Shown here in pieces: positions 8,578 through 19,257 of a stretch of 64,000 bases of DNA. The position numbers and the translations under genes are program-made. Source of the stretch: Candidatus Niyogibacteria bacterium (lineage in GTDB: Bacteria; Patescibacteriota; Minisyncoccia; JACROR01); assembly GCA_016214345.1 (NCBI GenBank), contig JACROR010000001.1, positions 1,264-65,263 on the forward strand, in the 5' to 3' direction. Positions within the stretch are counted from its first letter, which is position 1. Each line of letters starts with the position of its first letter. Below the pieces are notes generated by a model. It was given only the letters and a program-made list of their open reading frames with translations, ran no database searches and had not been told where the DNA came from.

Positions 8578-9957
8578 ATGCCCGCAAGAGAAAAATTCAA
8601 TAAAATAATACTAATTTTAGGAGATGTCGCCATTCTCTATATTTCGCTACTTCTCGCTCTTACCATAAGATACGGCGGACTGCCCACTCCAAAAATCTGG
8701 AACGCGCATTTAATCCCTTTTGCCATAATATTTTTCATCTGGATTGTTATATTTTATATAGCCGGATTATACGACCCCGCCAAATTCATTTCCGCCAAAG
8801 AAATGCAAAAACAAATAATATGGGCGATGGAATTCGCGGGCATCATCGCCTTAGCCGCATTTTATTTAATTCCGTATTTCCTCATAACCCCGAAAACCAA
8901 TCTGTTTTTGGATTTAATAATAACGCTTCTGCTACTCATTATCTGGCGCAGAAATTTTTTGATGTGGCTCATAAAGGCGCGGAAAATAAATATTTTATTT
9001 TTTGGCTTATCCAAAGACATCGCGCAATTCATATCACATATTGCTAAAAATCCTCAATTGGGTTACCACATAGCGGCTATAATGAAACTACCCGAAGAAA
9101 ATGGCGGCACTTATGATATTCCTTCGGAAATTCCCGCATTTAACTTTGACCACAACTTGACCGACTTAATAAAAAACAAAGGCGTTTCTTTAATCGTGGC
9201 ATCCAGCAGTATAAAACAAAACCAAGAAATTATAAGAATGTTTTATGAAATACTGCCGCTTCGCGTCTCCATCGTAGATTTTCCGAGATTTTACGAGGAG
9301 CTTTTTGGCAAAGTGCCGGTGTCTCTCATTACCGAATCTTGGTTTTTGGAAAATCTTATGGAGTTAAACAAAGGAGCGTTTGAAACCATAAAACGATGGT
9401 CAGATATTATTTTGGCCATTGTCCTTGGCACCGCGACCATTATCATTACTCCTTTGATTGCTTTATTGATAAAAATAGACAGCCGAGGTCCGGTATTTTA
9501 CAGCCAAAAACGAATTGGCAAAGACGGCAAAATATTTGAAATTATTAAATTCCGCTCCATGGTCCAAAATGCCGAACAAGGCGAAGCAAAATGGGCAATG
9601 GAAAAAGATGGCCGCGTTACTAAGTTTGGCGGTATTTTGCGCAAAACCAGAATAGACGAACTGCCGCAACTCTGGAATGTGCTGAAAGGAGAGCTGTCTT
9701 TCGTTGGCCCTAGACCTGAGCGCCCCGAATTCGTGGAAATGTTGAAAAAAGAAATACCGCATTACGCCATGCGGCACATCGTAAAACCGGGACTTTCCGG
9801 ATGGGCGCAAATTAATTTTCCTTACGGCGCTTCCGTGGAAGACTCCATGGAAAAACTGCAATATGATCTCTATTACATAAAAAACCGATCACTGCCTCTG
9901 GAATTTTCCATATACTTAAAAACCATAGCTACGGTCATCCGCCGTCAAGGCAGATGA
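8578..9957 (+). CDS. Priming polyprenyl glycosylphosphotransferase (WcaJ/WbaP type)
   Basis: N-terminal TMs plus KFRSM, RIDELPQLWNVLKGELSFVGPRPE, KPGLSGWAQ, YDLYYI. Confidence 0.92.
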   Translation: MPAREKFNKIILILGDVAILYISLLLALTIRYGGLPTPKIWNAHLIPFAIIFFIWIVIFYIAGLYDPAKFISAKEMQKQIIWAMEFAGIIALAAFYLIPYFLITPKTNLFLDLIITLLLLIIWRRNFLMWLIKARKINILFFGLSKDIAQFISHIAKNPQLGYHIAAIMKLPEENGGTYDIPSEIPAFNFDHNLTDLIKNKGVSLIVASSSIKQNQEIIRMFYEILPLRVSIVDFPRFYEELFGKVPVSLITESWFLENLMELNKGAFETIKRWSDIILAIVLGTATIIITPLIALLIKIDSRGPVFYSQKRIGKDGKIFEIIKFRSMVQNAEQGEAKWAMEKDGRVTKFGGILRKTRIDELPQLWNVLKGELSFVGPRPERPEFVEMLKKEIPHYAMRHIVKPGLSGWAQINFPYGASVEDSMEKLQYDLYYIKNRSLPLEFSIYLKTIATVIRRQGR

Positions 9958-11081
9958 GCTTCTATAATTTCCCGCATACCGCGAGCGCGCGCATCCCATG
10001 TGTATTTTTTTATCTCATTTGAAGCGGCTATTGATTTTTCCTTGGCCTCTTCGGGATGTTGAATCACATAATCAATCATTTGAGCAAGCCGTTCCGGATC
10101 GTCGGGCGGAACGAAAAACACCATTTTATCGTCCACAATTTCCCGCAAAGACGGAAGGTCTGAGGCAATAATAGGTATATTGCTCGCCATAGAGGAAAAT
10201 AATTTCAAAGGCGAGGTGTAAGATTTGGATATCTCAAAACGAGCGGAATTCGGAATAACCAAAATATTTGCGGATTGTTTATACTTTGGCATTTCGGCAT
10301 ACGGTTTGCGCCCTAATATTTTAATGCGGGGATTTTGGCCATATTTTTCGCGAAAAATAACCACATCTTCATCGGTCCCACCGACAAAAACAAATAAAAC
10401 ATTTGATTGGACTTTGGAAGCGGCCTCAGCAAGAATATGCGCTCCCTTCCATTCATACAAATGTCCGCTATATAACACTATAGGCACATCTACCGGCAAA
10501 CCTGCCAATTTTCTCGGTTCATTTTTATCTTTAACGACCACAAACCTATCTAAGCCGACGGCATCTGGAAAAACATATAATTTATTTTTATCTTTAATAC
10601 CATAGGAAATAAATTTTTCTTTAAGGCCGTTTGATATAAAAAATGTGGCCATGGATTTTTTAATCGCATAATCGGCTCGGCGGCTATAAAAATCCTGGTG
10701 TACTTCCCACACAAAATGAATACCACAAAGAGCCGATAAAAAGGCAAGGTTGGCGTCGCGAACAAAAATCACATCGGCATTTTTATAATCCCCGCGCCGG
10801 AGAAAACTTAGAAAAAAAATAAAGGTTCGCAAAATAAAGGATAGCTTATTCAGATGCCTAAAACTGGGCGTTCTGTAACCGTTGTCTATGCTAAAAACGG
10901 GAGCCACATCGTAATACTCAAAAGCATCGCTGGCATTTTTGTTGAATGCCGGCACCGCCAGAGTGGTTTTTATGCCCGAATGAGCGAACGCCTCGCACAT
11001 CTTCATTATTTGAATGCCGTGCGCCTTCTCGGTCGGCAGACGCATATTTTCAAGATAGATAAGCGACAAAGATTTTTGCAT
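9945..11081 (-). CDS. Glycosyltransferase family 4
   Basis: NMRLPTEKAHGIQ, YSGHLYEWKG, SPLKLF, IIASDLPSLREI. Confidence 0.9.
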   Translation of the reverse strand: MQKSLSLIYLENMRLPTEKAHGIQIMKMCEAFAHSGIKTTLAVPAFNKNASDAFEYYDVAPVFSIDNGYRTPSFRHLNKLSFILRTFIFFLSFLRRGDYKNADVIFVRDANLAFLSALCGIHFVWEVHQDFYSRRADYAIKKSMATFFISNGLKEKFISYGIKDKNKLYVFPDAVGLDRFVVVKDKNEPRKLAGLPVDVPIVLYSGHLYEWKGAHILAEAASKVQSNVLFVFVGGTDEDVVIFREKYGQNPRIKILGRKPYAEMPKYKQSANILVIPNSARFEISKSYTSPLKLFSSMASNIPIIASDLPSLREIVDDKMVFFVPPDDPERLAQMIDYVIQHPEEAKEKSIAASNEIKKYTWDARARGMREIIEAHLP

Positions 11082-11150
11082 AATTAAATATTCGCATAAA
11101 TTATTATTGGTTACAACACAAAAAAATATTTATGGTATTATACATTCTAT

Positions 11151-12317
11151 ATGAAAATACTTTTGGCAACGCCCCTTTACCCTCCCGAAATAGGCGGTCC
11201 CGCCACCTATACGAAAGAGTTGGTGGAGCGCCTAAAAAATTACCATCAAATCAAAATCGTCGCTTATACGGCAAAAAGTCCGGAACAAATAAGCGGCGTG
11301 GAATTAATTTTTGTTGATAAGTTAAAGCCGCTTCCTTATCGACTAATCGTATTTTTTCTCGCGATTCTTAAACATGCGAAAGACGCAGACATTATTTATG
11401 TTCAAAACGCGATGGCGGCAGGCCTACCCGCCGTACTCGCCGCAAAACTCCGACAAAAACCGATAGCGCTCAAATTCGTAGGCGACGAAGCCTGGGAGCG
11501 AGCATACGGAGAAAACAGAACCCAAAAACTATTAGTGGACTTTCTGCGAAATCCCGACGGCGGACTAAAAAGTTGGGTATTCAGAAAAATCCAAAAATTT
11601 GTTTTGCGAAACGCAACCATAATAACCACGCCGTCAAAATATCTCGGAGAAGAAATAATAAAAGCCTATGGCATCAGACAATCTTCTCACATTCTAAATT
11701 ACAATGCCGCCAAACAAAAAAATGAATACAAAGAAGACGATCTATTTAACATAGAAAAGAAAAAGCACCAGCTGCTTACCACGGCACGGTTGGTTTCTTG
11801 GAAGGGCGTGGATGGAATAATACAAGCGGTGGCAATTTTAAAAAATAAAATACCCGACCTAAAGCTCATAGTGGCGGGAGACGGCCCTGAGTTGGGAAAC
11901 CTTAAAAGAATCGCGCAAAACCTTAAAGTAAATCAGATGGTTAATTTTATAGGGAATGTGTCGCATGCCCAAACCAGACATTTGAGAAAAGAATCCGAAA
12001 TTTATATACTAAATTCCCTGTATGAAGGATTGCCACATACGATATTAGCCAGCTTTTCCGCAGAAATACCGGTTATAGCAACAAATGTGCCGGGCACAGA
12101 TGAAGCAGTATACGACGGAGAAACCGGAATTTTAGTGCCACCAAGCAATCCTCAAAAATTAGCAGAGGCCATAGAAAAATTGCTTGATGATCATGAACTG
12201 CAAAATAAAATAACGAGCGGCGCAACAAAACTTCTGCGTGAAAAATTCTCCTGGGACGCGCACATCAAGACCCTACTTGAAATTTTTCATTCTATTTTGT
12301 TTAAACCAAATAACTAA
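11151..12317 (+). CDS. Glycosyltransferase family 4
   Basis: YPPEIGGPA, ARLVSWKG, YEGLPH, VIATNVPG. Confidence 0.9.
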   Translation: MKILLATPLYPPEIGGPATYTKELVERLKNYHQIKIVAYTAKSPEQISGVELIFVDKLKPLPYRLIVFFLAILKHAKDADIIYVQNAMAAGLPAVLAAKLRQKPIALKFVGDEAWERAYGENRTQKLLVDFLRNPDGGLKSWVFRKIQKFVLRNATIITTPSKYLGEEIIKAYGIRQSSHILNYNAAKQKNEYKEDDLFNIEKKKHQLLTTARLVSWKGVDGIIQAVAILKNKIPDLKLIVAGDGPELGNLKRIAQNLKVNQMVNFIGNVSHAQTRHLRKESEIYILNSLYEGLPHTILASFSAEIPVIATNVPGTDEAVYDGETGILVPPSNPQKLAEAIEKLLDDHELQNKITSGATKLLREKFSWDAHIKTLLEIFHSILFKPNN

Positions 12318-13244
12318 GCGAGAAAGTCCGTCTTCTAACGAAACTTCCGGCTCCCACCCGAGAATAAGCTTGGCTTTTTTTATGTCCGCGCAAGTTTCTT
12401 CTACACTCGCCGCATGGCTTGGCCTTTCTTTAACCTTGGCCTTGGTGCCAATCACCTTCTCTAACGCCGCCAAAAGCTCTCGCAACGAATAAGGCCTTCC
12501 GTATCCTATATTCAAAATTTCAAAACCGGCGTCTTTCAGCTCCAAGGCCTTGATTATGGCCCCAACCGTATCGCCCACATAGGTATAATCTCTTTTCCTG
12601 CTTCCGCCTCCCGATATTTCAATCTGCTCGCCGCGAAGTATTTTGTCGGTCCAAATGTAAGGCACCATATCCGGCCTGTTATTCTCGCCGTATGCGTTAA
12701 AAAATCGCAAACACACGGAATTAAGTCCGAAATTATGATAATAAGTGTAAATAAAAAATTCTCCGGATCGCTTAGTCGCGCCATAGGGCGATATTGCAAA
12801 ACTATGGGCATCGTCTTCTTTGAACGGCACAGAGGCAGTATTGCCATACACGGAAGAAGATGAAGCAAAAACAAAATTTTTTACTCCATAATCTTTCGCG
12901 AGCTCCAATAAATTAATAGTTCCCTTAATATTTATCGCCTCATAAATATATGGATCGGCGACCGCTTTTCTCGTATCTGTTTTGGCAGCAAGATGCACGA
13001 CATATTCCGGCTTTTCTTTCTCAAAAATCTTCTTTAAACCAGCAAAATCCAAAATATCTTTTTTATAAAAAATAAAATTTTCATGGCCATCAAACGGCCT
13101 TAAGTTGTCCTCCTTATACGCCACCTCATAAGAACTATCCATATTATCAACAACCGCCACGCGATATTGGCCGCCGCTTAAAAGCTCTCGTATTAAATTA
13201 GATCCTATGAATCCGGCGCCTCCGGTTACTAAAACTGTCTTCAT
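12273..13244 (-). CDS. NAD-dependent epimerase (UDP-glucuronate 4-epimerase-like)
   Basis: VTGGAGFIGS, HLAA, ASSSSVYG, SPYGATK, RPDM; start taken at MKTVLV. Confidence 0.88.
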   Translation of the reverse strand: MKTVLVTGGAGFIGSNLIRELLSGGQYRVAVVDNMDSSYEVAYKEDNLRPFDGHENFIFYKKDILDFAGLKKIFEKEKPEYVVHLAAKTDTRKAVADPYIYEAINIKGTINLLELAKDYGVKNFVFASSSSVYGNTASVPFKEDDAHSFAISPYGATKRSGEFFIYTYYHNFGLNSVCLRFFNAYGENNRPDMVPYIWTDKILRGEQIEISGGGSRKRDYTYVGDTVGAIIKALELKDAGFEILNIGYGRPYSLRELLAALEKVIGTKAKVKERPSHAASVEETCADIKKAKLILGWEPEVSLEDGLSRLVIWFKQNRMKNFK

Positions 13245-13305
13245 GGCATATTGCTTAATATAAGAATATACTATACTATAAACGCACAAAAAGACAATCC
13301 ATCAT

Positions 13306-14388
13306 ATGGCGATACCCGACTACAAAAATCAAATTCAAGCGGAGCTCAATAATATATCTCCAATCTTATTTAAAATAGGACTGGAAATGGAAAAAAAACA
13401 GCCGCACATAAGCGGCGAGAGAGCCGTATTAAGCCAAAAAAGTCTTGTACTTTTTTGCGCTGAAAAATCAACCGGCAACCGCGTAGTAGTAAAATGCAGT
13501 GGGCATGAAGACGGCATGCGCGAGATCCGGCGCGAAAAAATAATGCGCGATCATTTGGCCACGGCAAAATATTCCACTGATCGCCCAGCTCTTCCCAAAG
13601 AAACATTTTTCGGGGAACGCGACAATTATATATTCTTGGCTACGGAATATGTAGATCAAGAACGAGTGTTTGTCAAACACGATTTGCAACAGCAATTTTT
13701 CATGGCCTTGAACGCCTTTGAACGGCAAGAAGCATTTCACGCGACTACCTATGAGCATCTTAGTTCCATAAAAAAAATCGCCGAAATCATTACCCCCGAA
13801 CTTTATTCAGAAAAATTCGGAAACTTTATAAAAAATGCTAATGCAAATTACCAAAACAGCGAAACGCTCTCAACTCTAATGCAAGCGAAGAATCTTTTTG
13901 ATCAAAACCTTAATATGGTAAGAACTTATTCTTATTATCTTATACATGAAGACTTGGTCCCCCACAATTTCCGAATAAGAAATTCGCACATTCATATGTT
14001 AGACTGCGCATCCCTCCAATATGGCAATAAATATGAGTCATGGGCGCGTTTTATAAATTATATGGTGATACACAGCCCGGAGCTTGAAAAAAAACTTCTG
14101 CAATATATTAAAAATAGCAGAGGAGAAAGAGAATATCTTTGTTTGCGAGTTATGCGCGCATTTAAGGTGGCGCAATTGATAAATTACCATGCAAGCCTGA
14201 TTTCCAAAGTTGAAGGTAATTTTCTGCAACTGACAAAAATTAGATTGGACTTTTGGACAAAAGTCCTGTCTAAAATACTCGCGGACGAAAAAATATCTTC
14301 AGAAGAGCATGAAAACTATACGCGGCAAAGAGACGCCCTGAGAAGCAATGAAGAAAAAGAAAGGCAACAGGAATTTGCCGTGGCTTAA
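13306..14388 (+). CDS. APH/choline-kinase-like phosphotransferase (protein-kinase fold)
   Basis: VVVK, helix-C Glu (EIRRE), catalytic HEDLVPHN, MLD. Confidence 0.7.
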   Translation: MAIPDYKNQIQAELNNISPILFKIGLEMEKKQPHISGERAVLSQKSLVLFCAEKSTGNRVVVKCSGHEDGMREIRREKIMRDHLATAKYSTDRPALPKETFFGERDNYIFLATEYVDQERVFVKHDLQQQFFMALNAFERQEAFHATTYEHLSSIKKIAEIITPELYSEKFGNFIKNANANYQNSETLSTLMQAKNLFDQNLNMVRTYSYYLIHEDLVPHNFRIRNSHIHMLDCASLQYGNKYESWARFINYMVIHSPELEKKLLQYIKNSRGEREYLCLRVMRAFKVAQLINYHASLISKVEGNFLQLTKIRLDFWTKVLSKILADEKISSEEHENYTRQRDALRSNEEKERQQEFAVA

Positions 14389-15161
14389 AAATACTTTGCA
14401 ACCCTTTCCTTAATGGCATTATTGCAAACCGCAAATACTTTCTGCGGTTTTTTGCTGAATTTTTCGGATAAGTCGGATACCATAATTTGCCCACCAGCCT
14501 CTTCCAGAATTCCTATGGCGGAAGAGATATCCATGGTCGTTAAAGTGCCATATACGGCCAACTCCGCCCTTCCCGCGGCTACAAAACATATATCAAGCGA
14601 CGATGATGCAAAATTATTAATTTTTTTAACTTCTCCTAACAACTTCTTATAAAGTCCTATGCCCCAATCTCTGATTTTAGGATCTCGGCCAACATGTAAA
14701 AGCACAAAAGATTTTTTTAAATCCGTTTCTAAAGAAATTCGTATTTTTTGTCCATTTAAAAACGCACCGCCACCTTTTTGAAAACTAAATAATTCATCAG
14801 TTATGGGATTATATACGGCGCCAATCACCGGCACACCATTTTCCATAAGTCCCACGCATATGGCGAAATGCGGAATATGCCGAGAAAAATTAGAAGTACC
14901 GTCTATCGGATCAATACTCCAAACATATTTGGTTTTTTTAACAAATATATCAGTGCCCTCTTCGGAATAAATCGCGTGGTCCGGGAATTGCTTCTTGATT
15001 GCAGAAGATATAAAATGGCTTATTTTTATATCCGCATCCGTAACCACATCCCTAATATCATCTCCCTTATGCGATACAACGAAATCCAAATGATATAATT
15101 CCTTAAGAAACTCGCCCGCTTTTTTGGTTAAATCCACGGTAAATTTATAAAAGTCGTTCAT
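14385..15161 (-). CDS. Inositol monophosphatase family protein
   Basis: VTDAD, SEEG, WSIDPIDGTSNF, VAAGR, EEAGG. Confidence 0.9.
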   Translation of the reverse strand: MNDFYKFTVDLTKKAGEFLKELYHLDFVVSHKGDDIRDVVTDADIKISHFISSAIKKQFPDHAIYSEEGTDIFVKKTKYVWSIDPIDGTSNFSRHIPHFAICVGLMENGVPVIGAVYNPITDELFSFQKGGGAFLNGQKIRISLETDLKKSFVLLHVGRDPKIRDWGIGLYKKLLGEVKKINNFASSSLDICFVAAGRAELAVYGTLTTMDISSAIGILEEAGGQIMVSDLSEKFSKKPQKVFAVCNNAIKERVAKYF

Positions 15162-15194
15162 ACCAAAAATTTAGCACGATTGCGCCGCAACAAC

Positions 15195-15229
15195 AATAAA
15201 ACATCCCGGCATAACCGGGATGTTTTATT
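15195..15229 (-). terminator. Terminator after the surface-protein genes
   Basis: 15-bp stem AATAAAACATCCCGG / CCGGGATGTTTTATT. Confidence 0.8.
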
Positions 15230-15249
15230 TGGTCAACTCAATTCAATAT

Positions 15250-16203
15250 CTATTGTGGGGACGGCGCGGGAGTTAAATTCATCCAATCAAAATTGTAAGC
15301 AGGGGCTGTGGTGGGAGCGGTCGCAGGAGCTGACACGGGCGCTGAAGGCGTTACTGCGGGAACCGCCGCAGGAGCGGCAGACGGAGCAGCCGCGCCGCCA
15401 AACACTTCCTGAATCTTGGCGCGAGTTTTAGGACCAAGCGCTCCATATCCGGTAGTTGCCGGAGTTCCCGAAGAAACAATTCCGTACTTTGCTTGGAATT
15501 TTTGAAGAGCCTTCTCGGTTAAAGATCCAAAATATGACGTTTCTTTGCCGAGAGATCCAACACCGGAGCTCGCAATTTTGGTATCAGCGTCTGAATTAAG
15601 CAATTGCTGAAGCCTTTTTACATCTAAACTTGTTGCGCCTATCTTGAGTGCCTTGCTAAATACCGGAGACACCGCTACTGCTACGGACGATGGCGTAGCC
15701 ATTATCGCGGCTGGTATGGTGGGCGCGGTAACCACTGCCACGGGGGCAGATACTGCCACTGCTCCGTTTTGCGCGGGAATAACCGGAGCAATTCCACTAC
15801 CACCTCCGCCACCGCCTCCGCCTCCTCCACCACCGTCTACAATACAAGCTGAAGTTTGTGGGGTTATGGTAGGCGTTACTTGCACACCGGCTGACGGATT
15901 GGAAATAGTAGTAATCGCGTTGGAAGAAGAACAAGTGGAAGTAATCGCCAACGATCCCAACTGACTTACAGTTAAGAACCTTCTGTCCGAAGAAGTTATT
16001 TCTATAGACTGCCCGCCCGACAAAGTTACCGTAAAATCGCTGGCGCTAACTGTTATGGAATCAACAGCGGCAGTAGAGCCGGACACATTCAAATTTATAC
16101 TAGAAACGCTGATGATGGCGTCCGTACCAAGACTTAGGTCTGCCGCCAACGCTGAAACGGGTAAAAGCAAGCTCAAGAAAATTGTTAAATAAATTTTCAT
16201 CAT
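15250..16203 (-). CDS. Secreted Ser/Thr-rich protein with poly-Gly linker, peptidoglycan-binding domain and Pro/Ala tail
   Basis: Signal peptide ending ALA; Gly run; DVKRLQQLLN...YFGSLTEKALQKFQAKYG...YGALGPKTRAK. Confidence 0.8.
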   Translation of the reverse strand: MMKIYLTIFLSLLLPVSALAADLSLGTDAIISVSSINLNVSGSTAAVDSITVSASDFTVTLSGGQSIEITSSDRRFLTVSQLGSLAITSTCSSSNAITTISNPSAGVQVTPTITPQTSACIVDGGGGGGGGGGGGSGIAPVIPAQNGAVAVSAPVAVVTAPTIPAAIMATPSSVAVAVSPVFSKALKIGATSLDVKRLQQLLNSDADTKIASSGVGSLGKETSYFGSLTEKALQKFQAKYGIVSSGTPATTGYGALGPKTRAKIQEVFGGAAAPSAAPAAVPAVTPSAPVSAPATAPTTAPAYNFDWMNLTPAPSPQ

Positions 16204-16231
16204 ATTGTTAATTAAATTTTCAAAAGCTAAA

Positions 16232-16867
16232 TTATCTCACTGCCCAGAAATTCAAAGTACCGGAAACAGTTTGTGTGCCACCAGGAGTTATTCCCTCATT
16301 AAAAAGATCCACATTAATCTGATTAATAATGGACGAAGATGCCGCTCGGATAAAAATTTGCGGATTATAACTTCCGGAGACCAGGCTAGAAGTCGCCATC
16401 ACAAATACTTTATCACCGCTACGAACACCAGCAGCGCTAGTGCATGCAAAATTTTGTGTGGTTGAGGCGGTTAAAGTCGTGCTAGTCAGGTTACATGTCC
16501 CAAATACCATTCCGGCAATAGTGCCATTAGTGCTGTCTCCGCCGACTATCAAACTCGTTGAACTCGCGGTTCCCACAACCTCCAACGCAGTGTTAGGAGT
16601 TATGGTCAGCACACCAACGCGATTATTGGTTCCATCAACATAAAAAGTGGTGGTATCCACTGTAAAATTAGTACCAACCGTGGCGGCTGCGCTCATAGTG
16701 ACCGCGCCGGTCAATGTGCTTGCGCCGGTAACATCTAGTGTGCCGCCGGTATTAATACTCGTGCTAATCGTAGTAGCCGCGCTCGTAAACAACGCTACCA
16801 AAAGAAAAGACATCAAGCTCGCCATTATAATGCCTGACGCCTTTTTCGTATCTAAAAATCTTCGCAT
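16232..16867 (-). CDS. Secreted/anchored Thr/Ser-rich surface protein with tail-fibre-like beta repeats
   Basis: Hydrophobic leader; ATTISTSINTGGTL; YVDGTNNRVGVLTITPNTALEVVG resembles the GNVGIGTTxP fibre motif; C-terminal Cys pair. Confidence 0.65.
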   Translation of the reverse strand: MRRFLDTKKASGIIMASLMSFLLVALFTSAATTISTSINTGGTLDVTGASTLTGAVTMSAAATVGTNFTVDTTTFYVDGTNNRVGVLTITPNTALEVVGTASSTSLIVGGDSTNGTIAGMVFGTCNLTSTTLTASTTQNFACTSAAGVRSGDKVFVMATSSLVSGSYNPQIFIRAASSSIINQINVDLFNEGITPGGTQTVSGTLNFWAVR

Positions 16868-16989
16868 AATTATTTTTTACTAATTGATAATTTTCTAATT
16901 AAATAATGAACGTTATAAATCGACATTTATAATGTATTATTCTTAGTATAAATTAATTATGCCCGAAACTAAATTATATCTGTGGATAA

Positions 16990-19203
16990 CTATGGATTTC
17001 GGCCAGCCTTAATCTCGCTTATCAAGGCCTCGCCTTGTTTTTTAAATTCAGGACTCAATACTATGGCTTTTTCCAATTCTTTAACAGACATCGCGCGATT
17101 TTCCAACTTCAGATAAGTAGCCGCCAAACTTATATGATATTGGACATTGGATGGATCTTTTTCTATCAAGGACAGCCACACGTCTCTTACGCGATCATAT
17201 CGGCCAACACGGGCATAAGCAGTAAGTAATTTAGGATCTGCCACCACAATAGTGCCAAAATGTTTTTTTAATAAAGCGTCTGCGTTATCCTGATTGTCAT
17301 TAATTATCTCCACCATTGCAAGACCTAGGGCGGCCGCATCATAACTTTGATCCAAATTATAAGCGATCCGCATCATCTCAACCGCCTTATCGTTTTGGTT
17401 AAGCGATATATAAACATCGGCGAGCAAAAAATAAATTTGCTGTTTTTTGGGAGACAGCTCTAAAGCCTTGTTCAATGTAACAAGCGTGTCCGTAGTTTTG
17501 CCGCCATAACCATACAAAGAAGATAAAAACAAATAAGTTCTCGCGTCATTAGGATTATTCTTTGCCTGATCCTCCATTTCTTTTATGGCAGCGGTCAATA
17601 CTTTAATTTTGCTTTCCATCGGCACTTCGGACTTTACTATATTATTGGCATAGCCGCTTAATTGCTCTCTCGCCTCTCCGGTGCCAAACGAACGATAAGC
17701 AAAAACTTTGTCAAAATCCCGCAAAATTAAATCAACATTTTGCCCTTCCGTACTTACATCTCTCAAAGCATTTAAAAGCGCCTGCGACGCCAAAACCGGT
17801 TTCACATTAACAAAATACATCACGCCGGACATCGCCACAATAACCGAAACTGCCGCCGCCATATGCGCCGGACCGAACTCAGCCGGCCTTGATTTTTGTT
17901 TAGATTCCTCCAAAATCGCCTCCTGCGTTCCTTGAAAATGAATAAACCCGATAACCGTGAAAAAAAGATAATAAGAAATTAAATTATCAAAAACAAAAAA
18001 ATTATGGAAAAAATAAGCGGCAAAAAGTCCGGTAAAAATCGCCGGAGCATAAATACTTCCCGACAATCCGCGCTCTTGAACATATTTTTTCCATAACACA
18101 TACAATACGCTTACGAAAATAGAAAGATACGCCAACAACCCCAGCGCCCCGGCCGCTATCAGCCAATCAAAAAATACATTGTGCGAGCGATCAAACCACG
18201 GCTCTTGCCGCCATAATTTAGGCTCATAATATTTATTAAATACCAAATTATAATTCTCTATGCCGTAGCCCAGCAACGGATATTCCTTAAATCCCTGCCA
18301 CGACATTCCCCAAATAGTGAAACGCGACTCTACCGTTCTTTCCTGTAAAGACAAGTCGCTAAAACGCGTCAGTACATAATTATTTTTGACAAAATCAGTA
18401 TTGCGCGCAAGCCAAAAAGCTCCGGCTAATAAAATAATGCCAAAAATCACGCCGATGGAAACCTTTTTTACACTCCGGCTTTTATTAAAAATAACAAGCA
18501 AAAGCCCAAACAAAACCAACCCGCCCAGCAAACCCAAAATAGCTCCGCGCGTTGCCGTTAAAAATATTACCGGAACTTCAAAGATAAACAGCGCGGCAAA
18601 TAAGGCTTTAAGCCAGCGTTGTTCCGATTGAAAAAACAAAAACAGCGCCAAAAATACTTGAAACACCATAAAAATAGCCATATAGCTGGCATTGCCGAAA
18701 GTGCCATCAACTCTCGGACCGCTCTGTTGGGAGATTGCCAACACGCCATAAAATTGCAAATATCCGTAAAGCGCCATGGCCGCGCCCGTGGCGGCCAAAC
18801 TATAAAACATTTTCTTCCAATCAGCCGCGCCCTTGAACACGCTTATCAAGACCAAAAAGTAAGCAAACAAATGCAGATGCCCTAAGAGTCCTTCCATCCT
18901 CTCGTAATTGGACCAAAAACTGCGGTAAGGATTGGCACCGAACATGGTCGCCAACGCCAACACCACCACCGTAATGGTCACGGCATACAAAATAGGCGAA
19001 ATCGCGGGACGATATTCGCGCTTAAAAATAGCCAAAACCACCCAAAGAGCCAGCAATATTTCCACCGTAATCCGAAACGCGAAATTCTTGCCCGTGATAT
19101 ACGGAAAAAACATAGTGGAAGAAACGATAAACGCCGTGAGCGGCAAAAGAATAATGCCCGCTTTTACGATATAACCTAGAATATTTAAGGTTTTTGTAGA
19201 CAT
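16990..19203 (-). CDS. O-antigen ligase / O-oligosaccharyltransferase family protein with C-terminal TPRs
   Basis: About 12 TM; GTFGN, TATRGA, SRFTIW, GYGIENY, DRSHN; TPR-like helices. Confidence 0.88.
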   Translation of the reverse strand: MSTKTLNILGYIVKAGIILLPLTAFIVSSTMFFPYITGKNFAFRITVEILLALWVVLAIFKREYRPAISPILYAVTITVVVLALATMFGANPYRSFWSNYERMEGLLGHLHLFAYFLVLISVFKGAADWKKMFYSLAATGAAMALYGYLQFYGVLAISQQSGPRVDGTFGNASYMAIFMVFQVFLALFLFFQSEQRWLKALFAALFIFEVPVIFLTATRGAILGLLGGLVLFGLLLVIFNKSRSVKKVSIGVIFGIILLAGAFWLARNTDFVKNNYVLTRFSDLSLQERTVESRFTIWGMSWQGFKEYPLLGYGIENYNLVFNKYYEPKLWRQEPWFDRSHNVFFDWLIAAGALGLLAYLSIFVSVLYVLWKKYVQERGLSGSIYAPAIFTGLFAAYFFHNFFVFDNLISYYLFFTVIGFIHFQGTQEAILEESKQKSRPAEFGPAHMAAAVSVIVAMSGVMYFVNVKPVLASQALLNALRDVSTEGQNVDLILRDFDKVFAYRSFGTGEAREQLSGYANNIVKSEVPMESKIKVLTAAIKEMEDQAKNNPNDARTYLFLSSLYGYGGKTTDTLVTLNKALELSPKKQQIYFLLADVYISLNQNDKAVEMMRIAYNLDQSYDAAALGLAMVEIINDNQDNADALLKKHFGTIVVADPKLLTAYARVGRYDRVRDVWLSLIEKDPSNVQYHISLAATYLKLENRAMSVKELEKAIVLSPEFKKQGEALISEIKAGRNP

Positions 19204-19257
19204 AATGTATAAGATAGCACTTTATTAAAAAATTACCAAAAATGAAGCCCAGGCGCT

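Noticed and set aside
15796-15836. GC-rich triplet repeat as a phase-variable tract
   Set aside because: Mixed Gly codons encoding an in-frame poly-Gly linker
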